From a virus: a stretch of 64,000 nt of DNA. The position numbers and the translations under genes are program-made. The DNA lies in the IMG/VR virus record IMGVR_UViG_3300031963_000016, positions 97,712-161,711 of that record. One strand, given 5' to 3'. Position 1 is the first letter of the stretch. The number at the start of each line of letters is the position of its first letter. Under the pieces are notes generated by a model. It searched no databases and was not told the DNA's origin. It saw nothing but the letters and a program-made list of their open reading frames with translations. This document shows positions 56,401 through 64,000 of this stretch, one piece after another.

Positions 56401-56684
56401 AACGTGCAACTAAAATTGCATTAAAGCGTTATTCAAATACCGCTACAATTAACAAACGTGCACGTAGATTAGCAATTAAGTTAATGAAGAAGCGTCTAAC
56501 TCGTGGTCGTGATCCAAGCAAACTTTCTGTCGGAGAGAAAGAACGCATTGAACGTATCATTGAAAGAAGAAAAGCAGTGATTGGTCGTATCGCTATGCGT
56601 TTAGCACCACGTGTTCGTAAAGTAGAAAAAGCAAGACTATCACATTCTAAATACACTCAGGGATCTCCAAATGTTACATTTTAA
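53460..56684 (+). CDS. HIGH-family (cytidylyltransferase-like) nucleotidyltransferase fused to a long multi-module tail
   Basis: FGRFNPPTIGH, VAGSDR, GMSASKMR; C-terminal about 850 aa of short modules. Confidence 0.8.
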   Translation: MKDYRQLIKELPSKTVVMAFGRFNPPTIGHELLVKAVKKLAQQKKADHVIYASRSQDAKKNPLSVDKKVKYLNLMFKNTHFVGASDTVRTFIEAAKELNKRYKNLVMVAGSDRVPEFNRLLNTYNGKEFKFDTIEVISAGERDPDADDATGMSASKMRAIAVKGNYAEFKRGLPSSVREIDGRRLMNDIRDGMGLDAVKEQIILVKDELREKYFRGEIFNEGDIVECGDEKYTIVKRGSNHLLLREGSGALVSKWIHDVQPTEEKDMNESLTDKTLRPTDKIKVARIIATMLGVENAETSSNPENLINQALRRVRTKALNPEALNILDKMLNLATEQGIQYDATLKPTKLKEDKVNRNSNYNIAKDVLRFSDFKRLKKIQEHEESDNDDKKDNESDHDHEHNDNEIDHSEVGHTLVGPGKQDNLRRRKIAYHLGEQHKIPHIDMSAYEDEAGHENTAQHIITSPEHTAKQKKLAKSFIDKMSGSVAEAVSARLKLADALRREGEKRKASEERAKLMMQQSKEKQALADQHKKEKENLTKEETEIEESTPYYNKPSFLKRMSHVAKQERQAREKKEQEQKKQVKEEIIEEGSTSVYDTHVRGSSDYHAIVKKHGTEKTKELIRHLKTERDSLRKHSSDWAGPAHLKKHDFAIKGLTRALGEDLVREEEVEICETADAGLAAKAAKSGISIGTLRKVYRRGVAAWNSGHRPGTTPQQWGMARVNSYITKGKGTYHGADKDLREQEELEENNLPEVPKDKESGLPKKYVAGLSASTAKARAAHWDRMDKKSDSDPSAYAPAPGDATAETKPSKHTLKYRAMFGEDMDEELYEACWDTHKQVGMKKKGDRMVPDCVPKNEEIEFKDDVCDVCGKSPCECENEGQDQTQMKPNFDPFFKEDEDEIDFAEPSDDEIEKMADELTDDDYLDAYDEDELGVIDDETGEELEADEEEEKKLKESALMEVLSRIERMKAVARIRRTKAKRERATKIALKRYSNTATINKRARRLAIKLMKKRLTRGRDPSKLSVGEKERIERIIERRKAVIGRIAMRLAPRVRKVEKARLSHSKYTQGSPNVTF

Positions 56685-56937
56685 AGAGTGGCTCACTGAA
56701 GCAGAATATCAGGGAAGAGATGTTCCTCTTAACAAACCTATGGCTGGTGATGTGAAAAAGTCTAAAGTCTTTGTTAAGAATGAAAAAGGTAATGTTGTCA
56801 AAGTAAACTTTGGTGACAAAAATATGACCATTAAGAAACATATTCCTGGTCGTCGTAAGTCATTCCGTGCTCGTCATAATTGCGATAATCCTGGTCCAAA
56901 AACAAAAGCAAGATATTGGTCTTGCAAGGCATGGTGA
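56671..56937 (+). CDS. Small basic conserved viral protein
   Basis: RKSFRARHNCD...KARYWSC; leader MLHFKEWLTE. Confidence 0.75.
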   Translation: MLHFKEWLTEAEYQGRDVPLNKPMAGDVKKSKVFVKNEKGNVVKVNFGDKNMTIKKHIPGRRKSFRARHNCDNPGPKTKARYWSCKAW

Positions 56938-56942
56938 TATAA

Positions 56943-57419
56943 ATGGCTGGCAAACACATTATCTCTCATACAGAAACTGAAATAGTTTTTAAGTGTTATA
57001 TCACTGATTCAAATGGTGGAACGATTGATCTAAGTTTACAGAATGATATGACAAAATCTACTCAGGTATATGTCACACCAACATCTATTCCAGATGAGAC
57101 GAGTGGTGCTTTCGTTCAATACACTGGTTCAAGAGTTTATATCACTGAACTTTGGTGGGGATGCAAACACAATAAACATTGGGATGTTGCTAGATTACTA
57201 GATGCTACTCCTACTCTACACAATCATTACTATTTGGTTAATGCTGGCTATTATGATTACACTGGATTTGCTGATAGAATTTACGCTAATAAAGATCTTA
57301 GATTAACATCAGATGGTCCAGCACATTTAATTATTAAATTAAGAAAAGAAGGCTGGAATCCAAAAGTTGAGACCGCAGTATTTGGTCCATACGATAATGA
57401 ATCAGTTGTTGGAAGTTAA
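56943..57419 (+). CDS. Hypothetical; paralog of 9824..10285
   Basis: LRKEGWNPKVETAVFGPYD. Confidence 0.7.
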   Translation: MAGKHIISHTETEIVFKCYITDSNGGTIDLSLQNDMTKSTQVYVTPTSIPDETSGAFVQYTGSRVYITELWWGCKHNKHWDVARLLDATPTLHNHYYLVNAGYYDYTGFADRIYANKDLRLTSDGPAHLIIKLRKEGWNPKVETAVFGPYDNESVVGS

Positions 57420-57428
57420 GGATAAACT

Positions 57429-57869
57429 ATGGAACATGTTGCTGCTTTACAAGTGAGTCTAGGAAATACTTTTGTTATGTATTTCAAAGCACACTCATAT
57501 CATTGGAATGTCGAGGGTTCTGACTTTGCTCAGTATCACGACTTCTTAGGTAAACTATATGAAGAATTGTATGGTGCAGTAGATCCTATGGCAGAAGAAC
57601 TTCGTGCTTTAGATGTATATGCACCACAAAGTTTAGACGCTATGGTTAGACTTTCTACAATTGAAGAGGATTCTGAAAGACCAACTAAACCAGCAGAAAT
57701 GTTTGGTAAGTTATTGGCTGCAAATAACGAGGTCATTGAATCCCTAAATAAATTATTCAAGGCAGCTGATGCTGCAAACGAACAGGGGCTAGCAGATTTT
57801 GCTGCTGGAAGAATAGATATTCACAAGAAACACGGATGGATGTTAAGATCCTTCATGAGAGGCGAATAA
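57429..57869 (+). CDS. dps: Dps (ferritin-like, DNA protection)
   Basis: KAHSYHWNVEG, HDFLGKLYEE, DPMAEELRAL, HGWMLRS. Confidence 0.92.
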   Translation: MEHVAALQVSLGNTFVMYFKAHSYHWNVEGSDFAQYHDFLGKLYEELYGAVDPMAEELRALDVYAPQSLDAMVRLSTIEEDSERPTKPAEMFGKLLAANNEVIESLNKLFKAADAANEQGLADFAAGRIDIHKKHGWMLRSFMRGE

Positions 57870-59230
57870 TGAAATCTTATAAAGAAATCGCAGAAGCATT
57901 AAAAGGTAAACAACACAAGATCGATAAGAACAAAAATGGTCAGATCGATGCTCACGACTTCAAACTTCTTCGTAAAGAAGAATCAGAACAAGTTGAACTA
58001 GATGAAATCTCTTCTCAGCTAGCTGGTCGTTACTACCAGAAAGCAGCACAAGACCAAATCAATAAGAAAGGTCTTAAGGGTGCTCTAAAAGATACAAAGA
58101 GTAAAAGAGCCGAAGGTATGAATCGTGCATTAGATCGTGTGCTTAAGAAAGAAGAAGTAAAAGAATCAGAAGAGCGTATGGCTCGTTCAGATTATAAAGT
58201 TTCTCCATCTGGTCGTAAATCTCATAAAGAAATCGTTTTTAGCACTGGTACTGAAAAGGAAGACGATGAAAAGGAAGGAATGAAAGAAGCAGCACCGCCA
58301 GGATTTGAAGGTACTGTTAAAGCAATGAAGAAGAAAAAAGAGATCGACAATCCTTACGCATTGGCATGGTCAATGTACAAGAAAGGATACAAAAGTCATA
58401 AGAATGCAGACGGCACAATGAAAGAAGAAGAAAAGAAACAAACTCCTCCACCATTTGATGGTCCATACAAAAAAGTTTCTGGAACAGTTACTGATAAATC
58501 TGGTGCAAAACATACACCAATGTCAAATGTTCGTCATCTTGCTCGCATGGCAATGAAGAAACAGATGAAGGAAGAAGCAGAACAGATTGATGAGACAATT
58601 AAAACTACTCATGAAGATCCTTTAGTTACAGTTCATGATAAAGATGGTCTTCATACTCATGCAAATCTATCAGTAGCTAATAACATCTTTGGAACCAAAG
58701 TGAAACATACTGAAGTGCATGCTGGCGCAGTTAATACAAAAAATCGTGAAGGTAAACCTCTGAAGTTTGCTATCTCTAAGCATCACGCACAAGCAGTGAA
58801 AGACGAAGAAAAATTTAAAAAACAATTTGGTGAACAGGCACCAGTTGCTCCAGTTCCAGGAGACAAATGGAAGTCTCATGCAGTTATGGTTAATGGCAAA
58901 CAGCGTGTTGTTGTTGATCGCAAAAACGTAAAAAATTATCCAGAACATGAAGGATGGAAAGAAGTCTCTCCAGGTATGAAATTAAAAGAGGATGAAGATG
59001 TTAAATTTTCATACGCAGAAATAATGCTGATGCTCGAAGTAGAATTTGATAAGAGTGGTCGTTATGTTCACAGGGGAACATATGGTTCTGAATTTGCAAA
59101 AAGAGAACGTGAAAAAGATGAAAAGGGTTTTGACGCAGATGATAAACCTTTAACAGTTTCAACACAAAAACGAGGTCGTGGTAGACCAGCAGGATCTAAG
59201 TCTGGTGCTCGTGGACCTAGAATCAAGTAA
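57869..59230 (+). CDS. Multi-module Lys/Glu-rich protein with capsid-targeting-like leader
   Basis: MKSYKEIAE; EF-hand-like IDKNKNGQIDAHDF; repeated xKEE/xxEA junctions. Confidence 0.7.
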   Translation: MKSYKEIAEALKGKQHKIDKNKNGQIDAHDFKLLRKEESEQVELDEISSQLAGRYYQKAAQDQINKKGLKGALKDTKSKRAEGMNRALDRVLKKEEVKESEERMARSDYKVSPSGRKSHKEIVFSTGTEKEDDEKEGMKEAAPPGFEGTVKAMKKKKEIDNPYALAWSMYKKGYKSHKNADGTMKEEEKKQTPPPFDGPYKKVSGTVTDKSGAKHTPMSNVRHLARMAMKKQMKEEAEQIDETIKTTHEDPLVTVHDKDGLHTHANLSVANNIFGTKVKHTEVHAGAVNTKNREGKPLKFAISKHHAQAVKDEEKFKKQFGEQAPVAPVPGDKWKSHAVMVNGKQRVVVDRKNVKNYPEHEGWKEVSPGMKLKEDEDVKFSYAEIMLMLEVEFDKSGRYVHRGTYGSEFAKREREKDEKGFDADDKPLTVSTQKRGRGRPAGSKSGARGPRIK

Positions 59231-59247
59231 TTTAAAGGAGAAAACAA

Positions 59248-59775
59248 ATGGCACTATGGACAAATGTTGATGAAGAAGCAGGTAAACCAAAATACCTATC
59301 TTCAGGTGATCTAGCAAACACAGTTGGTATTAATGCTGAAGAAGCGACTGCTAACGGACTTACTGCTGGTTGGAATTTAAAATCAACTGGCTCTGGTGGT
59401 CGCAGCGGTCGTGTATTCCACGAAGTATTAGTTGCGATGGGTTCAATGACTGGTGACAATGATACTATTGCACCAGAAATCACTATCACTGTACAACCAG
59501 CTAATCAATCTGTTACTGCACCAGCAACTGCTACATTTAGCGTAACTGCTACTCGTACTGGTACTGGTTCATTAACTTATCAGTGGCAGATTCAGCAAGA
59601 AGGTGCTGGTGCATGGGTTGACATCTCTGGCGCAACTTCTGCATCATACACTACTGGCGCAACAGCGACTGGTGATGGCGCAGGTGCAACAGATGGTGAC
59701 AAGTATCGTGTTCTAGTATCTCTAGCTGGCGCTGACACTAAGACTTCTAACGCAGCAACTCTAACAGTAGCGTAA
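59248..59775 (+). CDS. Ig-domain virion protein (Hoc-like decoration?)
   Basis: ITVQPANQSV...ATFSVTA...LTYQWQ...YRVLVS. Confidence 0.7.
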   Translation: MALWTNVDEEAGKPKYLSSGDLANTVGINAEEATANGLTAGWNLKSTGSGGRSGRVFHEVLVAMGSMTGDNDTIAPEITITVQPANQSVTAPATATFSVTATRTGTGSLTYQWQIQQEGAGAWVDISGATSASYTTGATATGDGAGATDGDKYRVLVSLAGADTKTSNAATLTVA

Positions 59776-59812
59776 TAAATACATTATGAGAGGGGATGGA
59801 TGGCATCCCCTC
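59775..59812 (+). promoter_or_regulatory. Late promoter followed by a hairpin
   Basis: ATAAATA 59775; GAGGGGATG-GATGG-CATCCCCTC 59790-59812. Confidence 0.5.
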
Positions 59813-59828
59813 ATTTATGTGAGATGTT

Positions 59829-60209
59829 ATGGTTAGTGAAAAACTGAACGAAGGTAATTTTCTTGTCTATGCAATGCATCACTATGATAACCCACAGTGT
59901 CATAGTCTTGCAGAATTTGAAGAAGATATAAAAAGATTTTTGTATCTAAAGAAACTTTTATCTAGATACAAAAACAATGGTGAATTAAGGGAGCGTTTAA
60001 TCCTTAATCATATCATTGTTCTTTACAATATCTTTGGAGAAGCAGCGACAAAAATGTTATTTTATAAGATAGAAAAAGATTGTTGGAATATATTAGTAAC
60101 ATTCCTAGTCTATCTTAATAGAATGCCAGAAGTTGTTACAGAGTACGGAATCACATTATCAGATATTGTTCTTGACGAACATATTATATCGATACTAAGG
60201 AAGATATGA
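59829..60209 (+). CDS. Conserved T4-like hypothetical protein
   Basis: YAMHHYDNPQC, EFEEDI, ERLILNHIIVLYNIFG. Confidence 0.8.
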   Translation: MVSEKLNEGNFLVYAMHHYDNPQCHSLAEFEEDIKRFLYLKKLLSRYKNNGELRERLILNHIIVLYNIFGEAATKMLFYKIEKDCWNILVTFLVYLNRMPEVVTEYGITLSDIVLDEHIISILRKI

Positions 60210-60715
60210 GTCGCATTGTAGACAATCTATTAGCCTATAAAGTTCTCTCAATGTTAGTAACTAACTTTGAAGATACAAAGGCATTTAAATTAGGTATTAT
60301 CGACAAAAACGGTAAGAACCTAAAGAAAGTTAGCACTCTTAAAACTTCTGAAGAGAAAGATTCTTACACCTATTTGCATCGTCTTGTTTTTAATATGAAA
60401 AAAATTATTAATAAGATTGGTGGCGAAAATAAACTTAAATCTTTAGTTGCAGCACTGTGGTTGGTAAAAGAATATTATGAGTCTGGCAGTCGCTCAACAG
60501 CATTAATGGAAGAAAAATTTGACAAGGTTATGAAACTATTGGATAATAGAGTGTCCCTTGTTGAAGAAGAGATTATCGTTACAAAATTCCTTAAAGAAGA
60601 AGCACCAGTTAATTCTACTGCTGGTGTTAGTGTGAATGAACCTGTTATAAAGAAAAAAGAGATAAAGAAATATCAGGTTATGGCTAGGAGAAAACCTGTA
60701 AATGTTTCTGCTTAG
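60206..60715 (+). CDS. Conserved T4-like hypothetical protein
   Basis: AFKLGIIDKNGK, LHRLVFNMKK. Confidence 0.75.
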   Translation: MSRIVDNLLAYKVLSMLVTNFEDTKAFKLGIIDKNGKNLKKVSTLKTSEEKDSYTYLHRLVFNMKKIINKIGGENKLKSLVAALWLVKEYYESGSRSTALMEEKFDKVMKLLDNRVSLVEEEIIVTKFLKEEAPVNSTAGVSVNEPVIKKKEIKKYQVMARRKPVNVSA

Positions 60716-61163
60716 TTTTGTACCTGATGCATTAATACAATTAGTAGTTAATGGTGTCTTAATTGCAGGCATCATTGGTTGTGTTGTATCTTTCTTTTTT
60801 GGTTTCTTTGTGAGATGGATGCCATGGATTATTCCATACCGAATGCTTCTTCAAATTGTAGGTTTAGTCCTACTAATCGTTGGAGTTTATTTCAAAGGTG
60901 GTGTTGGTGTTGAACTAGAATGGCGTGAGCGAGTTCGTATTGCAGAAGAAAAAGTTAGAATAGCTGAAGAAAAATCTAAAGAAGTTAATACAGTTATACA
61001 AAAAGTATATGTAGATAAAATTAAAACTGTAAAAGATACACAAATTGTAGTACAAGAAAAAATTGTAGAAAAAGAAAAAATTATTGATGCTGAATGTAAA
61101 GTAACAAAGGATGTTATAGACATTCATAATCAAGCAGCAAAGAATCCTGGAGATAAAAAGTGA
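60702..61163 (+). CDS. Inner-membrane spanin (Rz-like)
   Basis: N-terminal TM segments then coiled coil; followed by a lipoprotein. Confidence 0.55.
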   Translation: MFLLSFVPDALIQLVVNGVLIAGIIGCVVSFFFGFFVRWMPWIIPYRMLLQIVGLVLLIVGVYFKGGVGVELEWRERVRIAEEKVRIAEEKSKEVNTVIQKVYVDKIKTVKDTQIVVQEKIVEKEKIIDAECKVTKDVIDIHNQAAKNPGDKK

Positions 61164-61426
61164 AAAAACTTCTTATCATTTTTCCAGCAATCTTATTAAG
61201 TGGATGTATAACATTTGGTTCTACACCTGTTCGTCAAAAATTTCCAGATGTTCCACCTGAATTATTAAAAAGTTGCCCAGATCTCCAAAATGTTGGAGAA
61301 ACAGATAAACTTTCTGAAGTTCTTAAAATTGTAAATGAAAACTATTCGAAATATCATGAGTGTCGTGTTGCTGTTGAGACATGGATTGAATGGTATAAAA
61401 CACAAAAACAACTTTTTAATAAGTAA
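61160..61426 (+). CDS. Outer-membrane spanin (Rz1-like lipoprotein)
   Basis: Lipobox LLSGC, Pro-rich FPDVPPELLKSCPDL. Confidence 0.62.
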   Translation: MKKLLIIFPAILLSGCITFGSTPVRQKFPDVPPELLKSCPDLQNVGETDKLSEVLKIVNENYSKYHECRVAVETWIEWYKTQKQLFNK

Positions 61427-61794
61427 TGGAATCGAATATGCTAGATGTAGAAAGAATTGTGCGAATGGAGACACAAGTAGAAACAATCAAAGAAGATTTA
61501 CACGAAGTTAAGAATGATATTAAAGAACTTCATTCTCGTATTACAACTGGCAATAGAGAGATTGTAGACAAAATGGATGATATGCAAACTAGACTAGAGC
61601 ATAAGATGAATGCTCAAGCAGAAGTTGCAAAACAACAACACGAATCAATTAGTGAAGAAATTAAAAAAGATCTTGAACAAATAGATGGGCGTGTATCATC
61701 ATTAGAGCAGTGGAAATGGTATGTAGTTGGTGGGGCTGTCGTTGTTGGGTTTCTTCTTGCAACTGTTGTAGATTTATCTAAGATACTAAATTAA
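61426..61794 (+). CDS. Coiled-coil protein with C-terminal TM helix (holin/XhlA-like candidate)
   Basis: Heptad-rich body then WKWYVVGGAVVVGFLL. Confidence 0.5.
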   Translation: MESNMLDVERIVRMETQVETIKEDLHEVKNDIKELHSRITTGNREIVDKMDDMQTRLEHKMNAQAEVAKQQHESISEEIKKDLEQIDGRVSSLEQWKWYVVGGAVVVGFLLATVVDLSKILN

Positions 61795-61797
61795 AAT

Positions 61798-61836
61798 TTG
61801 CTTTGTAATGTGTTATGAGGTAAACTTATTACCTCA
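61798..61836 (+). promoter_or_regulatory. Sigma70-like promoter with -10 in an inverted repeat
   Basis: TTGCTT(61798)-17-TAAACT(61821); TGAGGTAA-ACTTA-TTACCTCA. Confidence 0.65.
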
Positions 61837-61848
61837 GGTGGAGTTATT

Positions 61849-62877
61849 ATGCTATACATTGATGCAAAGTATGCCCAAATTCTGGGCAGTCGCTTGCGAA
61901 ATTTCAAACAAAAGAAAGATTATCTCTGGAACTATTCGTGTCCAGTGTGCGGTGACTCATCTAAAAATAAGTTAAAGGCACGAGGCTATATCTATCGTGC
62001 AAAAACTGATTTGTTTGTGAAATGCCACAATTGTAGTTACGGCACAAATCTTGGTAACCTTATTAAGTATGTTGATCCAATTCTTTACGATGAATATGTA
62101 TTAGAAAGATATAAAGCAGGTGCAACAAAATATAATGATCATAAAAATATAGAAGATACATCTGTTGTAATAGAACAAAAGCCTAATTTACTCACGGATT
62201 CTATTCTCGAATCATTAAAAGCATTAAATGAATTACCAGTATCTCATCCTGCTGTTCAGTATGTAATAAAAAGAAAGATTCCAAAAGACAAGTGGAATCT
62301 TTTGTATTTTGCACCGAAGTTTAAAGCATTCACCAATTCGGTGACACCTAAGTTTGTAGAGCCAATTGAAGGTGAACATCCACGGATGATAATTCCATTT
62401 TTTACTCCTGCTGGTAAATGTTTTGCGTTTCAAGCAAGAGCATATGGGGATGAAGAGCCTAAGTATTATACCATCAAGGTGGATGAGACTCAGGAAAAGA
62501 TTTATGGACTTGAAAGGATAGATTATGGCAAACGTATACTTGTGGTTGAAGGACCAATTGATTCGTTGTTTCTACCAAATGCAGTGGCTGTATCAGGAGC
62601 AAGTTTTGACACCCCTACTATTCGTAGCATTCTTACTAATGCTACGATTGTGATGGATAATGAGCCAAGAAATAAAGATATTGTTAAACAATTAGAGAAG
62701 TATATTGAGTTAGGTTATTCTGTTTGTATGTTTCCAGATTTTATTATGCAAAAAGATATCAATGAAATGATTTTACATGGTGGAATGACTGCTGATGAAA
62801 TCACGAATCTCATAAATACAAACACCTATACTGGTATGGAAGCGAAGTTAAAATTTAGTACATGGAGAAAAATGTGA
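61849..62877 (+). CDS. gp61: DNA primase
   Basis: CPVCGDS...CHNC zinc finger, TOPRIM VEGPIDSLF, MDNEPRN, KDINEM. Confidence 0.95.
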   Translation: MLYIDAKYAQILGSRLRNFKQKKDYLWNYSCPVCGDSSKNKLKARGYIYRAKTDLFVKCHNCSYGTNLGNLIKYVDPILYDEYVLERYKAGATKYNDHKNIEDTSVVIEQKPNLLTDSILESLKALNELPVSHPAVQYVIKRKIPKDKWNLLYFAPKFKAFTNSVTPKFVEPIEGEHPRMIIPFFTPAGKCFAFQARAYGDEEPKYYTIKVDETQEKIYGLERIDYGKRILVVEGPIDSLFLPNAVAVSGASFDTPTIRSILTNATIVMDNEPRNKDIVKQLEKYIELGYSVCMFPDFIMQKDINEMILHGGMTADEITNLINTNTYTGMEAKLKFSTWRKM

Positions 62878-63554
62878 AAGTACAATTGATTAGTTATTCA
62901 GAACCTGCTAGCACTATGCCAGCAGACATTGATAATGTGCAAGACCTAATTGCGTTTTGCGCCAGAGTCTCAAATCCTTCCAACCAAACAAACACAGAAA
63001 CATCAGAGAAGTTAATTCGTTATCTTATCAAACACAAACATTGGTCACCACTTGAAATGGTTAGTGTTTGTTTAGAAATTGAAACAACTCGTGATATTGC
63101 TCGCCAAATATTACGACATCGCTCTTTTTCGTTTCAAGAATTTTCCCAGCGTTATGCAGACCCAACTAAAGATTTAGATTTTGTCATTCGTGACGCACGA
63201 CTACAAGATACAAAAAACAGACAAAACTCTGTTGAGATGGATATACATAATGATGAACATCGACAAATTGCTTATCAGTGGGAAAATCTTCAACGTGATC
63301 TGATTCAAAGAACGAGAGATGTATATGCTTGGGCAATCACCAAAGGTATTGCTAAAGAACAAGCAAGAGCAGTTCTACCAGAAGGACTAACTGTTTCTCG
63401 TTTATACATGAATGGCACACTTAGAAGTTGGGTGCACTTTATTGAGTTGCGCAGTGGCAATGGTACACAGAAAGAACACATGTTGGTTGCACAAGAGTGC
63501 GCAAAGGTTATCGCCAAAGTATTTCCGATGGCGAATGAATTCGTAAATCAATAA
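62874..63554 (+). CDS. thyX: Flavin-dependent thymidylate synthase
   Basis: HWSPLE, RQILRHRSFSFQEFSQRY, ARAVLP; probable GTG start. Confidence 0.95.
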   Translation: MKVQLISYSEPASTMPADIDNVQDLIAFCARVSNPSNQTNTETSEKLIRYLIKHKHWSPLEMVSVCLEIETTRDIARQILRHRSFSFQEFSQRYADPTKDLDFVIRDARLQDTKNRQNSVEMDIHNDEHRQIAYQWENLQRDLIQRTRDVYAWAITKGIAKEQARAVLPEGLTVSRLYMNGTLRSWVHFIELRSGNGTQKEHMLVAQECAKVIAKVFPMANEFVNQ

Positions 63555-63575
63555 TAATAAAATTCGGAGTAGCAT

Positions 63576-64000
63576 ATGGAAAGTGTCGTGCATGGCATTA
63601 AGGTCGATTATTCTCGTGATGAGTTGTTCGATGAATTGGGTAAAACAAGATTAAAAGAAAGTTACATGAGAGAAGAGGAAACTTCTCCACAAGAAAGATT
63701 CGCATATGTTTCGTCTAAATTTGGTAGTAATGCTGCTCATGCTCAACGCTTGTACGACTATTCCTCCAAGCACTGGTTGTCGTATTCAACTCCAATCCTC
63801 TCGTTCGGTAGAAGCAAACGTGGATTGCCAATTAGTTGTTTTTTAAATTATATTGAAGATACTGCGGAGGGTTTAGTTGATAATCTTAGTGAAACTAATT
63901 GGCTTAGTATGCTTGGTGGCGGTGTTGGCATTGGTTTTGGTATTCGTTCGGCAGATGATAAATCAACTGGAGTTATGCCTCACCTCAAGATTTACGATGC
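63576..64000 (+). CDS. nrdA: Ribonucleotide reductase alpha subunit, 5' part (not in ORF track)
   Basis: MESVVHGIKVDYSRD...SYSTPIL...GLPISCFL...LSMLGGGVG; runs off the window. Confidence 0.9.
   Translation, partial: MESVVHGIKVDYSRDELFDELGKTRLKESYMREEETSPQERFAYVSSKFGSNAAHAQRLYDYSSKHWLSYSTPILSFGRSKRGLPISCFLNYIEDTAEGLVDNLSETNWLSMLGGGVGIGFGIRSADDKSTGVMPHLKIYD

Noticed and set aside
19258-56684. PRTase plus HIGH nucleotidyltransferase as a NARP-type NAD-rebuilding pathway
   Set aside because: The genes are 34 kb apart and lack Nampt/Namat/Adps-specific features; only superfamily-level similarity
60702-61794. Complete lysis cassette
   Set aside because: Spanin-like and holin-like genes are plausible, but no endolysin is recognisable nearby
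466-63593. Numerous minus-strand and nested short ORFs
   Set aside because: All overlap well-supported + strand genes, lack SDs or recognisable motifs, and match the antisense pattern of the phage's codon bias
1-64000. tRNA genes, CRISPR arrays, rRNA
   Set aside because: No cloverleaf with T-loop/CCA features and no regularly spaced direct repeats seen in the few intergenic gaps; a tRNAscan/ARAGORN run would be decisive
1-64000. Stop-codon reassignment
   Set aside because: Core genes are intact under the standard code, and TAA, TAG and TGA all end genes at expected positions

Overview
A 64-kb segment of a large, AT-rich T4-like (Tevenvirinae/Kyanoviridae-like) myophage genome. Essentially every real gene is on the + strand, and spanin-like genes imply a Gram-negative host. 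Order: end of a Gly-rich protein; neck/tail/head genes (gp13-15, gp17-23, gp3); uvsY-uvsW, gp55, gp47/gp46 with an inserted PRTase and HNH endonuclease; vWA + MoxR AAA pair; gp45-44-62-regA; hsp20 operon; small early genes; ligase, dexA, gp43, thioredoxin, uvsX, gp41; a DNA-modification cluster; two paralogous restriction-like nucleases; a block of probable internal-head proteins, Dps and an Ig-domain protein; lysis genes; primase, thyX and the start of nrdA. The standout is 43311-48007: a TET/JBP dioxygenase, Ntn glutamine amidotransferase, GNAT, amino acid:DNA transferase (aGPT-PPlase) and hmU-DNA-kinase-like P-loop kinase, which together suggest a post-replicative base-hypermodification pathway. 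Three of these enzymes end in a motif resembling the sliding-clamp-binding tail of the polymerase, and the downstream nucleases sit behind a late-only translation hairpin. Also noted: T4-like capsid-targeting leaders on six proteins, a possible injected RNA-repair pair, a ROSE-like RNA thermometer, and two unusual promoter architectures. All family assignments come from recognising motifs by eye; no database searches were run.
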